Part shown: one piece after another, positions 44,128-53,276 of the stretch | Numbering within the stretch: position 1 is the stretch's first letter | Layout: every line of letters starts with the position of its first letter | Assembly (NCBI GenBank): GCA_019310725.1 | Contig: JAFDDT010000049.1 | Coordinates: forward strand, 1-56,608 | From: Deltaproteobacteria bacterium | Lineage (GTDB): Bacteria; Desulfobacterota; DSM-4660; Desulfatiglandales; B25-G16 | DNA: 56,608 nucleotides | Reading direction: 5' to 3' | The notes under the pieces: generated by a model | The model's database searches: none | The model's input: only the letters and a program-made list of their open reading frames with translations | What the model was told of the DNA's origin: nothing | Program-made: the position numbers and the translations under genes

Positions 44128-44549
44128 ACTTTGGCTTTAAATACAGCAACAAGCATGCCACTTTTTCTTATCCTAAATTGGTTAGTTATTTAAAGAGGAT
44201 ACGTTCGGAAGGCAACGGTAATTAGGAAAAAATGTCAATTCCGTGACAATTAAAGTGGAAGTATTTGCCGGTTTGTGTCGCGAAGATTGGAAAGGCTAGC
44301 GGAGAAGTGGAAATGATATGTTCGTTCCTCTCTCCAAGGTGTAGGCTCTACTACCCAGAGCCCTTACGAGGCAGCAGGGTGAACAGGGGGGGGGCAGAGG
44401 CTTGATCCTGAATGCTGAGATCAAGCTTCAAATGAACTTCCCCGCAGCCCCGCAAGCGGGATCTCCGCTTTGCTCCGACAAGCTGCTGGGTATTCTGGCG
44501 AAGGTGAATAAATATATCGCTGGTGTTACTATGTATACCAGAAATGGCC

Positions 44550-45008
44550 TCATAAAGAGCGATCCACCAACTCGGGATTTGAATTGATCCATTTCAAGAT
44601 AACAGCCAGAATCCTTTCTACATCCCTCAGTTGGTCATGGCATATATGATATATTTCCTCAGTTGTACCCTCATCACAAAAGTGTACCATTCGCTTTCGG
44701 TATCCCGCTAATTCGCGCATGAGCCTTGCATCTGTTGAGTGCAATACGCCTTCTCTTTGAAGTTCTCCGGGAATTTCTTTGTATTCAGTGACAGCCTTGC
44801 CGAACGCTTTAGCCAAGATATGCCTGCCCAAATCCATTAAGGCCTCCAGTGACCTCCGCAGGTAAGATTCTGCAGAAGCTGCATTTCTTGGGTCAGACAA
44901 AAAAGACTCCTTCGAATCAAGAGGTAACGCTTGAATCCCTCCTATCATTTTCCTGATCCACGCTGCCCTCTCCACAATAATCTTTTCTCTAAGCCCTGAA
45001 GGTGTCAT
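44550..45008 (-). CDS. hepT: HepT-like HEPN (DUF86) toxin
   Basis: 152 aa. LAGYRKRMVHFCDE fits the Rx4-6H HEPN motif. It overlaps the upstream MNT gene by 4 nt. Confidence 0.7.
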   Translation of the reverse strand: MTPSGLREKIIVERAAWIRKMIGGIQALPLDSKESFLSDPRNAASAESYLRRSLEALMDLGRHILAKAFGKAVTEYKEIPGELQREGVLHSTDARLMRELAGYRKRMVHFCDEGTTEEIYHICHDQLRDVERILAVILKWINSNPELVDRSL

Positions 45009-45436
45009 AAGCTTGCTCCAGTAAGAATCTGTTTTCTTCTCTGCCGCTCAAAGTAGGCCAAATCACCCGCCTTGCTCAATATATATAGCTCGTATTCTGC
45101 GCTCCGGTTAGGATCTGCCGAGTATAGCTCTTCACCCCTTATTACATCCAGAGCAAGAAATGGCGATGCTTCCGAAAGGATCACTAGATCAACCCTACAA
45201 ACCCCTATCAAGTCTTCCAAATCAACTGTCAATCTGACTCTATCTTTGACATCTAAATGGTACTTTTGGGCCGGAAGCACTCCCAAATCCACATCAACGT
45301 TTTTCTCCCTCGCTATTTTCCCTTTCCCGCGCGCGTGATTAGCTAATTCTTTTGCCCTGCTCCCAAATACATAGAGGATGTCAATATGGTAACGATGGCA
45401 GATTGATTCTACATTATCTAGGAAATCCGATTTCAT
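45005..45436 (-). CDS. mntA: MntA-like minimal nucleotidyltransferase antitoxin
   Basis: ILYVFGSRAKE...VDVDLGVL (GS-x-n-DxD NTase motif). 143 aa. Confidence 0.7.
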   Translation of the reverse strand: MKSDFLDNVESICHRYHIDILYVFGSRAKELANHARGKGKIAREKNVDVDLGVLPAQKYHLDVKDRVRLTVDLEDLIGVCRVDLVILSEASPFLALDVIRGEELYSADPNRSAEYELYILSKAGDLAYFERQRRKQILTGASL

Positions 45437-45457
45437 GATACGCCCCTACACAGCAAA

Positions 45458-45667
45458 TTAGCTTTTATTTTGATCAAAAAACTTCATTAGCCACTTCTCC
45501 TCGAAAAGCTTTCCCGAAAGAAGTTCTCGAAGCAAGGTTTGGCATGAAGCCATTCCTGTAATCCGGGCCAACCGATGTAAATTATCTATAATAAACTTCG
45601 GCAGAGAAACTACCGGTAAGAGTGCGCCTATATATTGATAATAGGCTGTGTCATGGTACAAAATCAA
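45458..45667 (-). CDS. Hypothetical small protein upstream of mntA (doubtful)
   Basis: 69-aa ORF with a TTG start and no clear RBS. A segment (LARITGMASCQTLLRELL) looks HTH-like. Kept only because it is co-oriented with mntA and 21 nt upstream of it. Confidence 0.2.
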   Translation of the reverse strand: MILYHDTAYYQYIGALLPVVSLPKFIIDNLHRLARITGMASCQTLLRELLSGKLFEEKWLMKFFDQNKS

Positions 45668-46015
45668 GCTTAACTCAATGGATTTTAGACAGCGTTTATC
45701 CTATTTTTTTCCCACCCGCGTAAAGGTGCAAGACAGCGACATGGGAAAGCTCCCTAATGGACAGATTTTCCTCAAACCTTAAAGTTAAGTCTGGCTTGGG
45801 CAATTGGTATGCCAGTATGGTTGAGATTATTTTGCTCCGTTATTTCAATATGATATAGTTTTAATAGGGGCTGGCACGGAAAAAATCGCCACAAAAAGCA
45901 TCAATCGGGTTGAAATAATTTTCCTTAAGTTATTTGAGTAGATGCCGAATAAGGTACATCACCTCTCGATTTTTTCGTCGCCCAACAGAGACAGACAGAG
46001 GGGTACATTTTTTTC

Positions 46016-46043
46016 TAAAGTTTTTTCCGTGACCCTCCGATAA
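46016..46043 (+). promoter_or_regulatory. Sigma28-type promoter of the flgM operon: TAAAGTTT-N12-TCCGATAA
   Basis: Near-consensus boxes, 19 nt upstream of ATG 46062. flgM is a classic sigma28-dependent gene. Confidence 0.65.
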
Positions 46044-46061
46044 ATTGTTTGAGGTAGTGTT

Positions 46062-46475
46062 ATGGTAATCTCGACCTATCAAGTTAATAATGTCCTCAGG
46101 GTTTACGGAGATCAACTTCGCCAAAACAGGCTCTCAAGTAAAGAAAAAATTGGCGATACTCGCTCACCGGATAAAATTGATATCTCTTCTGAGGCCAAGA
46201 GGAAAGCCATTATTGATAAGATAGCCTCCGATATTGTAGACAAAATCACACGATACGGACCCCATGAGAATGTTGAAAAAGACGTATTTAAGCAACTTGA
46301 AGATGAGTATGGCGCCCATTTGGCCATATCCAAAAACACTCCCACTGACCTAATCTTCAAGGTAATTGATGGAAATGGTGAAACAATGAACGCACTTTCT
46401 ATTGAAGATTCTAAATTTTTGCGGTATAAACTAGAAGAAATCACCAGAGACGTGGTAGATAAGAACATGATGTAG
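46062..46475 (+). CDS. FlgM-associated protein (resembles the DVU0524-type family as I recall it)
   Basis: 137 aa. Starts MVISTYQVNNVLRVYGDQLRQ and sits directly upstream of flgM in the same operon. The family name is from memory and unverified. Confidence 0.5.
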   Translation: MVISTYQVNNVLRVYGDQLRQNRLSSKEKIGDTRSPDKIDISSEAKRKAIIDKIASDIVDKITRYGPHENVEKDVFKQLEDEYGAHLAISKNTPTDLIFKVIDGNGETMNALSIEDSKFLRYKLEEITRDVVDKNMM

Positions 46476-46494
46476 CAACCGGAGGAGTTGGTAA

Positions 46495-46824
46495 ATGAAA
46501 ATTGATGACAAGATTCTCAACTATGAGATCAGCAAGTACCTCCCGAAATCTACCCCAAATGCCACGGAAAAGATCGGGGAAAAACCACTTTCTGAAGAGC
46601 AAAAGGTTGAGGGAAGCGAAAGGTCAGATCAGGATACTATTGTTAATCTTTCCCAGGCCTCCAAGGAGGTCCAAAAGATTAGAGAAATCATCTTGTCTGA
46701 ATCCGATGTTCGGGAAGATAAGGTAGCTGATCTAAAGGAGAGGATTGAATCAGGAAAATATAGCATCGATCACAAGGCTGTGGCTGATAAGCTTGTTAAT
46801 GAATTGATAGACGAACTGTTCTAG
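46495..46824 (+). CDS. flgM: Anti-sigma-28 factor FlgM
   Basis: The C-terminus VREDKVADLKERIESGKYSIDHKAVADKLVNELI is the FlgM signature. 109 aa. Confidence 0.8.
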   Translation: MKIDDKILNYEISKYLPKSTPNATEKIGEKPLSEEQKVEGSERSDQDTIVNLSQASKEVQKIREIILSESDVREDKVADLKERIESGKYSIDHKAVADKLVNELIDELF

Positions 46825-46870
46825 GCCCGCTCAGTCTACTCCTCCTCAGGCCAAACCCCATGATCCTCTG

Positions 46871-46898
46871 AGCCGATTAATCTTATTCGGCTTTTTTC
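46871..46898 (+). terminator. Rho-independent terminator after flgM
   Basis: 6-bp stem agccga/ttcggc (46871-46876 and 46887-46892) followed by TTTTTT. Confidence 0.5.
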
Positions 46899-47430
46899 AT
46901 CCCATAATTCCCTTACTCGCACGCACTTCAAATCCAAAATACAAGAAACCAGGAATACCCTGCTTCCTCTTCTTGATTTCTGTGTCGGAAATCTGCCCAG
47001 GTTTGCTGGCTATAGTATAAACAAGGTGGAATGATGCGAAATATGATGTGTGCCTTCTAAAATGTATTGCCTCTTGCAAGATTTCCTGATACCGCTAAAG
47101 CGAAACAATCAGAACTTTCTTTTGACATCTTGTTTGCCCCATGATAAACAACCTATCTCTATCCAGTGCATTTCAGTTGCTGACCAACCAAGTCTAAGAG
47201 AAGCTCATTCCGCATAGTATTCGTGCCGGGCCGCGGGCAACTGACAATTGGGCAGTTAAAGGAATTAATGGGACACTGTGTCCAGGTGAATCCGAGCGTG
47301 AGATAGAAATTGTTTCCCGCTAATTGTTTTGTTATGTTCCTGAAAAAATTTAGCAACTGCAGACCGAATTTGTTCTCAGCTAACTCTTTGATCACACGTT
47401 TCAAACTGAAAAAGCTTTAGGAGGAAAGAA

Positions 47431-48903
47431 ATGAACGACTTGCATCGTGCGCTTGCATCTGTGTTTCCCGGGGACAGAATAGCTGATGATGAGGTGGTTC
47501 TGGCCGGCTACGCAGCAGACTCAGCCATAGCACCGGGATCAGCAACCTTCCCGAGTTATGCGGTCTTGCCTAAAACGACCGAGGAAATCACACATCTCCT
47601 TCAAATTGCTGACCGCTTCAGGGTTCCGGTGACACCCATGGCGCGGGGTTCAAACATAGCAGGGATGACGGTTCCGGTGCAGGGCGGAATTATGGCTGAC
47701 CTGAGGCTCATGAATAGGATCGTTGAGATCAACGAAGATGCAGCATATGCTGTTATCGAGCCGGGGGTTACCTTCCATGATCTTTATAGACAGCTCAAGA
47801 AAGCAGGATTTTTCTGCCACCTACCAACGGCTGCAGGGGGCAGCAGCCCTCTGGCCAATTACCTCATGCGTCCTTCAGGCAACTTCTCGGCTAAATGGGA
47901 CCCAGACCCTATACTCTCGCTCGAGGTTGTCACGCCGCAAGCGGGCATCATCAAAACCGGTTCCGCCACCTTCGAGACCGCGGGCTGGCGTGCACGATAC
48001 CACTGTTTTCCTGATTTGACCGGTCTGTTCACCAACTCTTACGGAACCCTGGGGATTGCAACAAAGGGAGCGGTGAAGATTTTCGATCGGGGAGAAGAGG
48101 AGCGCCTCGTGCTAACTACCTTTGACAGTTTTCCCCCGGCCCTCGATTACATGAAACGCATAATACGGAGAAATCTGGCAGACAGCGTGACATTCTGGAC
48201 GTGGGGATGGAGCATGTTTCATGAAATGATGCTGTCTAAATCAGAAAAAATGCCCGAAGAGATGCTCAAACCGGATCAAAAAACCCCGCCTCCCGGTGTG
48301 CCTTTCGGCATAGCATCAGCACGTCTCAGCGGTTACAAGGAGGTGGTGAATGCACAGGAAATGGTATGTATCAAAGTAGCCCGTGAATTGGGAGGAAATC
48401 ACCTGGATAATCGAGAAGCTCATGAAAGGTATCCCGGCTGCTACAACTATCTGCACTCTTACTTTGTTGAAGGCATGCACCCAAAACCTGGTGAGGAGTC
48501 CCAGATAAGGGCCGGCCTTCATCTGCCGGGCTGCCTGCTTACGGCTGAGCCCTCAAAGCTGATTGAGATAGAGAAGTTTATGTGGGATTTGGCACAGCGG
48601 GAATTCAAACCCCCCTATTTCTTTCGGGCTCTCCCTTACTCGCACGGGAGGGAGTTTTTCTTCGCCTTTGTGGTTTATGTGACCGGTTCTTTGATCGAAG
48701 AGAGAGAATACTTGCAGCGCCTGAAGGGAATATACGGCACACTGTACCGGGATTTATTGCGAAATTACGGGGGAGTTATGTTTAGGTACCGTAAAGACCC
48801 CACGTTCTTCGGAATGACCGGCACCTATGGTGAGCTGCTGCGAAGGGTTAAGAAACTTGTAGATCCGAACAACATCATGAACCCCGGTATGCTACTCTTT
48901 TAG
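47431..48903 (+). CDS. FAD-binding oxidoreductase (GlcD/D-lactate dehydrogenase-like, PCMH-type FAD domain)
   Basis: RVPVTPMARGSNIAGMTVPVQGGIMADLRLMNRIVEINEDAAYAVIEPGVT is a typical FAD-binding-4 domain pattern. RBS AGGAGG. Confidence 0.7.
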   Translation: MNDLHRALASVFPGDRIADDEVVLAGYAADSAIAPGSATFPSYAVLPKTTEEITHLLQIADRFRVPVTPMARGSNIAGMTVPVQGGIMADLRLMNRIVEINEDAAYAVIEPGVTFHDLYRQLKKAGFFCHLPTAAGGSSPLANYLMRPSGNFSAKWDPDPILSLEVVTPQAGIIKTGSATFETAGWRARYHCFPDLTGLFTNSYGTLGIATKGAVKIFDRGEEERLVLTTFDSFPPALDYMKRIIRRNLADSVTFWTWGWSMFHEMMLSKSEKMPEEMLKPDQKTPPPGVPFGIASARLSGYKEVVNAQEMVCIKVARELGGNHLDNREAHERYPGCYNYLHSYFVEGMHPKPGEESQIRAGLHLPGCLLTAEPSKLIEIEKFMWDLAQREFKPPYFFRALPYSHGREFFFAFVVYVTGSLIEEREYLQRLKGIYGTLYRDLLRNYGGVMFRYRKDPTFFGMTGTYGELLRRVKKLVDPNNIMNPGMLLF

Positions 48904-48915
48904 GAGGTAACTGCA

Positions 48916-50094
48916 ATGGGAAATCAGTTCAACATTGATGAAGATCTGTACACGGCAATGCACAAGTGTACGCGCTGCGGCCAGTGTTCTTACAGCGGAG
49001 AGGATGCCGAATTCGTCTCACTCTGCCCCATGCACATAAAAGGCAAATTCTTCACTTACAGTGCGGGGGGAGTTATGCAAATGGCCCGAGCCCTATACGA
49101 AGGAAAAATAAGGTTTTCGGAATCTGTCAGGAATTTATTGTACCTTTGTACCACCTGTGGGGCATGTGAAGTGAACTGCGGCGTTATCGAGAGCCAGGTA
49201 GACCTCTTCACCCTGCTAAAGAAAGAGTTGCTACAAAATGGAATTACACTCCAAGAGCCTCATCAAATGGTGGTTGAAAACATCCTCAGCAAAAAAACCC
49301 CTTATGCCGGGAGGTTACCGGCAAGAGATGAGTGGTTGGCCAAAGAAAAAAGGGGAAAAATAGCCTCTCAGGCCGAGATTTTTTACTTTGTTGGTTGTGT
49401 TTCATCCTACCGCGAAACCGAGATAGCCGGTGCCTTTGTGAGCATACTCGATAAACTGGGCATTCCGTTCTCTGCCAGTGGTGAGGAGTGGTGCTGCGGC
49501 GCACCCCTCTATTTTTGCGGACACAAAGACAAGGTCCACGACCTCGTAACACATAATGTCGAGCTCATAGAAAAAAGTGGGGCATCAACAGTGGTCCTTA
49601 CCTGTCCAACCTGCAGCATGATATTCAAAAAATACTATCCGCAATGGATGAAGAGAGAACTCCCATTCGAAGTGCTTCATGCAACTGAATTCCTGGAAAG
49701 ACTTCAACAGAAAGGCACATTGAAACTGGATACCTTGCATGTAGAAAAAACAGTGACCTACCACGATCCCTGCCATCTGGGAAGGGGACAGGATATATAC
49801 GAGGCTCCTCGTGAAATACTGAACAGGATCAAGGGAATAGAATTCAAGGATCTTGCTCGTTCTAGGGAAAACAGCTTTTGTTGCGGAGGCGGTGGGCTTG
49901 TGCCGATCGGATTTCCGGATTTTTCACTGGACTTGGCCCGGGAAAGGGCCTTAGAGATGAAGAGCATGGGCGCTGAATTGTTGCTTTCGGCCTGCCCTGC
50001 GTGCAAGGAAAATCTGAAAATAGCTGCCCAGAAATTGAAACTGAGAACCAAGGTAGTTGACATTGCTGAACTCGTCAACAATGCACTGAAATGA
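48916..50094 (+). CDS. Fe-S oxidoreductase with two 4Fe-4S motifs and two CCG domains (GlcF / Dld-II partner type)
   Basis: CTRCGQCS...CP and CTTCGACEVNC cluster motifs. CCGAPL and CCGGGG (CCG domains). It starts 12 nt after the FAD protein gene. Confidence 0.75.
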   Translation: MGNQFNIDEDLYTAMHKCTRCGQCSYSGEDAEFVSLCPMHIKGKFFTYSAGGVMQMARALYEGKIRFSESVRNLLYLCTTCGACEVNCGVIESQVDLFTLLKKELLQNGITLQEPHQMVVENILSKKTPYAGRLPARDEWLAKEKRGKIASQAEIFYFVGCVSSYRETEIAGAFVSILDKLGIPFSASGEEWCCGAPLYFCGHKDKVHDLVTHNVELIEKSGASTVVLTCPTCSMIFKKYYPQWMKRELPFEVLHATEFLERLQQKGTLKLDTLHVEKTVTYHDPCHLGRGQDIYEAPREILNRIKGIEFKDLARSRENSFCCGGGGLVPIGFPDFSLDLARERALEMKSMGAELLLSACPACKENLKIAAQKLKLRTKVVDIAELVNNALK

Positions 50095-50237
50095 GCCTTA
50101 CAGGCTGCAAAAAGGAGGCGACGCCACAAGGCCTTTGGGGAAACACACAGAGTCTTTATCGAATTCCCAACGCAGTAAGTTGTTATGACGGAGGACTCTA
50201 ATGCAGGATCAGGAAATAACTTTTTCTCAGCAGAGAA

Positions 50238-51539
50238 CTAGCCCATGCTTGTAGGAAGAAAAAGGGCTATTTGTGGCAATACCAGGATAATGATGATACA
50301 GACCAGCATGGCAACCCAAAAGGGCAGAATACCTCGGAAAATGGTATACATGGGAACGTCTTTGGCCACCCCGCTGATGATGAAGACATTAACCCCCACG
50401 GGCGGTGTAATGAGGCTCATTTCCATAACCAGGGTGATGATAATGCCGAACCAGATCGGATCAAACCCCATATCCATTACCATGGGATAGACAATGGGTA
50501 TGGTCAGGACCATTATTGCCAGACCTTCCATAAAGCAACCCAAGATAATGAATCCGAAGATAAGCATCGCCATGACAACATATCTATTCAGACCGAGTTC
50601 TCCAATCCAGGTTGAGAGCTGATCAGGAATCTGGCTCACTGTCAAAAAATATCCGAAGATATTGGCCCCGATCAGAATAACAAAAACCATGGCTGTTGTC
50701 TTTGCCGTTTCAGTTAGCGATCCTCTCAGGTTACCCCAGGTTAACCTTCTTTTTATGATAGTTATGGAAAATGCGCCAAAGGCTCCTACCCCTGCTGCCT
50801 CAGTAGGTGTGAACCATCCTGTATAGAGGCCACCTATCACTAATAGGAAGAGCGCTAAAAGGCTCCAAGTACCTTTCAGTGAATAGATCTTCTCCTTCAT
50901 GGTGAATCGTGGTCCAGGGGGGCCCAGGCTCGGCTTATATTTCGTCAGCGCATATATCGTTGCAATGAACAGACCGCTCAAAAGCAGCCCAGGCAGGATC
51001 CCTGCAATAAACAACGTCGCGATAGGTTGTTCGGTCAAAATACCATAGATTATCAACACCGTACTCGGCGGGATAAGAATCCCCAAGGTCCCTCCGGCTG
51101 CAATGCACCCGGTGGCCAGCGAATCGTCGTATTTGAACCGTTTCATCTCTGGAAGCGCCACCATGCCCATGGTTGCTGCCGTGGCCAGGGAAGACCCTGA
51201 TATTGCAGCAAACCCGGCACAGGCCCCGGTAGTGGCCATACTGAGCCCACCAGGTAAAAAACCGAGCCACCGGTAAACGGTCTCATAAATCTCCATCCCC
51301 ATTCTGGAATGATTGGCAAACTGCCCCATGAGAATAAAGAGTGGAATAACCGTTAGGCTATAAGCAGTTCCTGTCTTAAAGGCCTCCATCCCCAGTATCG
51401 AAAAGCTCGCTTCAAGGGAACAGAGCACGGTAAATCCGAGAAACCCTACCAACGCCATGGAGAAACCAATCTGCATCCGAAGGGCCAGAAGTAAAAACAA
51501 AAAGAAAATTCCAATTATCCCGACAGTTACCGGACTCAT
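50238..51539 (-). CDS. dctM: TRAP transporter large permease
   Basis: 433 aa, polytopic and Gly/Ile/Leu-rich, with typical DctM organisation. Overlaps dctQ by 4 nt. Confidence 0.85.
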   Translation of the reverse strand: MSPVTVGIIGIFFLFLLLALRMQIGFSMALVGFLGFTVLCSLEASFSILGMEAFKTGTAYSLTVIPLFILMGQFANHSRMGMEIYETVYRWLGFLPGGLSMATTGACAGFAAISGSSLATAATMGMVALPEMKRFKYDDSLATGCIAAGGTLGILIPPSTVLIIYGILTEQPIATLFIAGILPGLLLSGLFIATIYALTKYKPSLGPPGPRFTMKEKIYSLKGTWSLLALFLLVIGGLYTGWFTPTEAAGVGAFGAFSITIIKRRLTWGNLRGSLTETAKTTAMVFVILIGANIFGYFLTVSQIPDQLSTWIGELGLNRYVVMAMLIFGFIILGCFMEGLAIMVLTIPIVYPMVMDMGFDPIWFGIIITLVMEMSLITPPVGVNVFIISGVAKDVPMYTIFRGILPFWVAMLVCIIIILVLPQIALFLPTSMG

Positions 51540-52042
51540 GATTCACCCGTTCTCATGTAGGCCATGAAGGATTTTATCAATAGTGAAAGCGCCAAAAGGG
51601 CGCAACCCAGCGCAACTACATAAATAAATGGATATACAGGGAGCCACAGGTCCTGCGAAACCTCGCCTGAGGCCCTCATCTTTGCCGCATACACCAGAGT
51701 GGACCAGGTAAATAATCCAAACAGGAGAAAACAGACAAATTGAGTAATCATATCAGTCATGGCCTGGGTGCGTTCACCGAATCGGCTCATTATCAGATCC
51801 ACTTTAACATGGCCATCCAAGATTTCCGTCTGTGTCACGGCAAAGAAAAGCAAAATCACCATCATGAACTCGGTAACCTCAACAGTGCCCAATATCGATT
51901 GGCTGAATACCTTTCTCAAAAAGACGTCAGCTATAGTAAGAAGCATCATAAAAAACAGCACTCCAGAGGCAATGCGATTCATCGCTTTGGATATCCGGTA
52001 AACCCACGCTTGGAAGCTGTTGCCTAATTGCTCTCTTTTCAT
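51536..52042 (-). CDS. dctQ: TRAP transporter small permease
   Basis: 168 aa with 4 TM segments. Position and overlap match DctQ. Confidence 0.8.
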   Translation of the reverse strand: MKREQLGNSFQAWVYRISKAMNRIASGVLFFMMLLTIADVFLRKVFSQSILGTVEVTEFMMVILLFFAVTQTEILDGHVKVDLIMSRFGERTQAMTDMITQFVCFLLFGLFTWSTLVYAAKMRASGEVSQDLWLPVYPFIYVVALGCALLALSLLIKSFMAYMRTGES

Positions 52043-52124
52043 GAAACCAAAAGACCTTCTTTTTTCCGGGCCGACCTCTATACTGCAAGGCCGACCCGGG
52101 TGCTCATCACTTTTTCATACACTT

Positions 52125-53153
52125 CTATCTATGCAATTTAGCTGACTGTTTGACTGCCTCCAAGATCTGCTTAGCAGGGAGTCCTTTTTTGGACATTTCA
52201 GCCACCCAATCGGCCTGCATTCCATGCACTACCCCCATAAACCTTTTTTTCTCAGACATGGGTACCTTGTAGATCGCGATCTTCCCCGACACTTTATTTT
52301 GATTCAACATGTTTTGATCGTGATTGTCATAGACCTGTGCTGCGTGCAGGCCCCACTGCATGCCTGATGCCTCATCAATTGCCTTCTTAGCAGGGTCTGG
52401 AAGTGAGTCCCATTTCTTCTTGTTCATCACCACAGCCATGGGCGAAAGATACATATCCAGCTGGGAGATGTACTTTACCAAATCCCACAACCGAAAATCT
52501 ATGACAGCGCTGTAAGGTGTTAGCATCCCGTCGATAACCTTCTTCTGAAGTGACATAGTGAGCTTTGAAATAGGCATCCCCACCGGGTTCGCACCGCAAA
52601 GCTTAAGAGCCTTGCTCATATAAGCCGAAGGTGCGCGCATCTTCATCCCCTTGAGATCCTCCACCCTGTAAATGGGCTTGGTAACAGAATGGAGTTGGCC
52701 GGTTCCACAGGAATAGAACCACAACACCTTATAGTCTTTGTAGTCGCCTGCCAGGTAGTCATAGGCGAGTGCATAGATCACCCTGGTTGCATGTGATGCG
52801 CTGTCAAATATAAAGGGCAGATCAAAAGCTGAAGTCCGCGGAAAACGACCGGTCGTATACGACGGGATAATAAAGGCTATGTCCGTAATACCGGTTTTTA
52901 CCGCGTCTGGAAGTTGCTTAGGCCTACCTAATGCCCCTCCCGGGTAAATCTTGATCTTGACCTGACCCCCGGTCAGCTCCGCTACCTTCTTGCAAAACGG
53001 CGAAAAAGATTTTTGATGCTGGATGTGCATAGGTGACATAAAGTGGGCAAATTTCAGCTCAATAGTCTTTGCCTGAACCGCTTGCGCACCAGCAAAAACA
53101 AAAAGCCCAAACAAGCATGCCATTCCAATCCCTAATAAGATTGCCTTTTTCAT
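52125..53153 (-). CDS. dctP: TRAP transporter substrate-binding protein
   Basis: Signal peptide MKKAILLGIGMACLFGLFVFAGAQAVQA, then ELKFAHFMSPMH in the typical DctP pattern. ATG 53153 has GAGGAGG upstream. Confidence 0.85.
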   Translation of the reverse strand: MKKAILLGIGMACLFGLFVFAGAQAVQAKTIELKFAHFMSPMHIQHQKSFSPFCKKVAELTGGQVKIKIYPGGALGRPKQLPDAVKTGITDIAFIIPSYTTGRFPRTSAFDLPFIFDSASHATRVIYALAYDYLAGDYKDYKVLWFYSCGTGQLHSVTKPIYRVEDLKGMKMRAPSAYMSKALKLCGANPVGMPISKLTMSLQKKVIDGMLTPYSAVIDFRLWDLVKYISQLDMYLSPMAVVMNKKKWDSLPDPAKKAIDEASGMQWGLHAAQVYDNHDQNMLNQNKVSGKIAIYKVPMSEKKRFMGVVHGMQADWVAEMSKKGLPAKQILEAVKQSAKLHR

Positions 53154-53276
53154 CCTCAAACCTCCTCTCCCTGGGGTATTTGACCCCATTGTTTAATTAA
53201 CTGATACACCATGAGACTACCCAAACACCCATCTGTTGCCTGAATCACCCAACCATTTTTACCACCCCCTCATTGT

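Noticed and set aside
43821-44193. ORFs 43821-44156 (minus), 43688-44047 (plus) and 43915-44193 (plus) as genes
   Set aside because: They overlap one another, straddle the sigma28-like promoter, and have odd composition with no RBS. None resembles a known family.
45866-45886. Sigma54 promoter (ctGGCACggaaaaaatcGCc)
   Set aside because: The GG to GC spacing is 3 nt too long relative to TGGCAC-N5-TTGC, and there is no gene immediately downstream in that orientation.
47159-47404. 81-aa minus-strand ORF
   Set aside because: It has a TTG start, no RBS and a Cys/Asn/Phe-rich odd composition. It lies in the likely leader of the FAD-oxidase gene.
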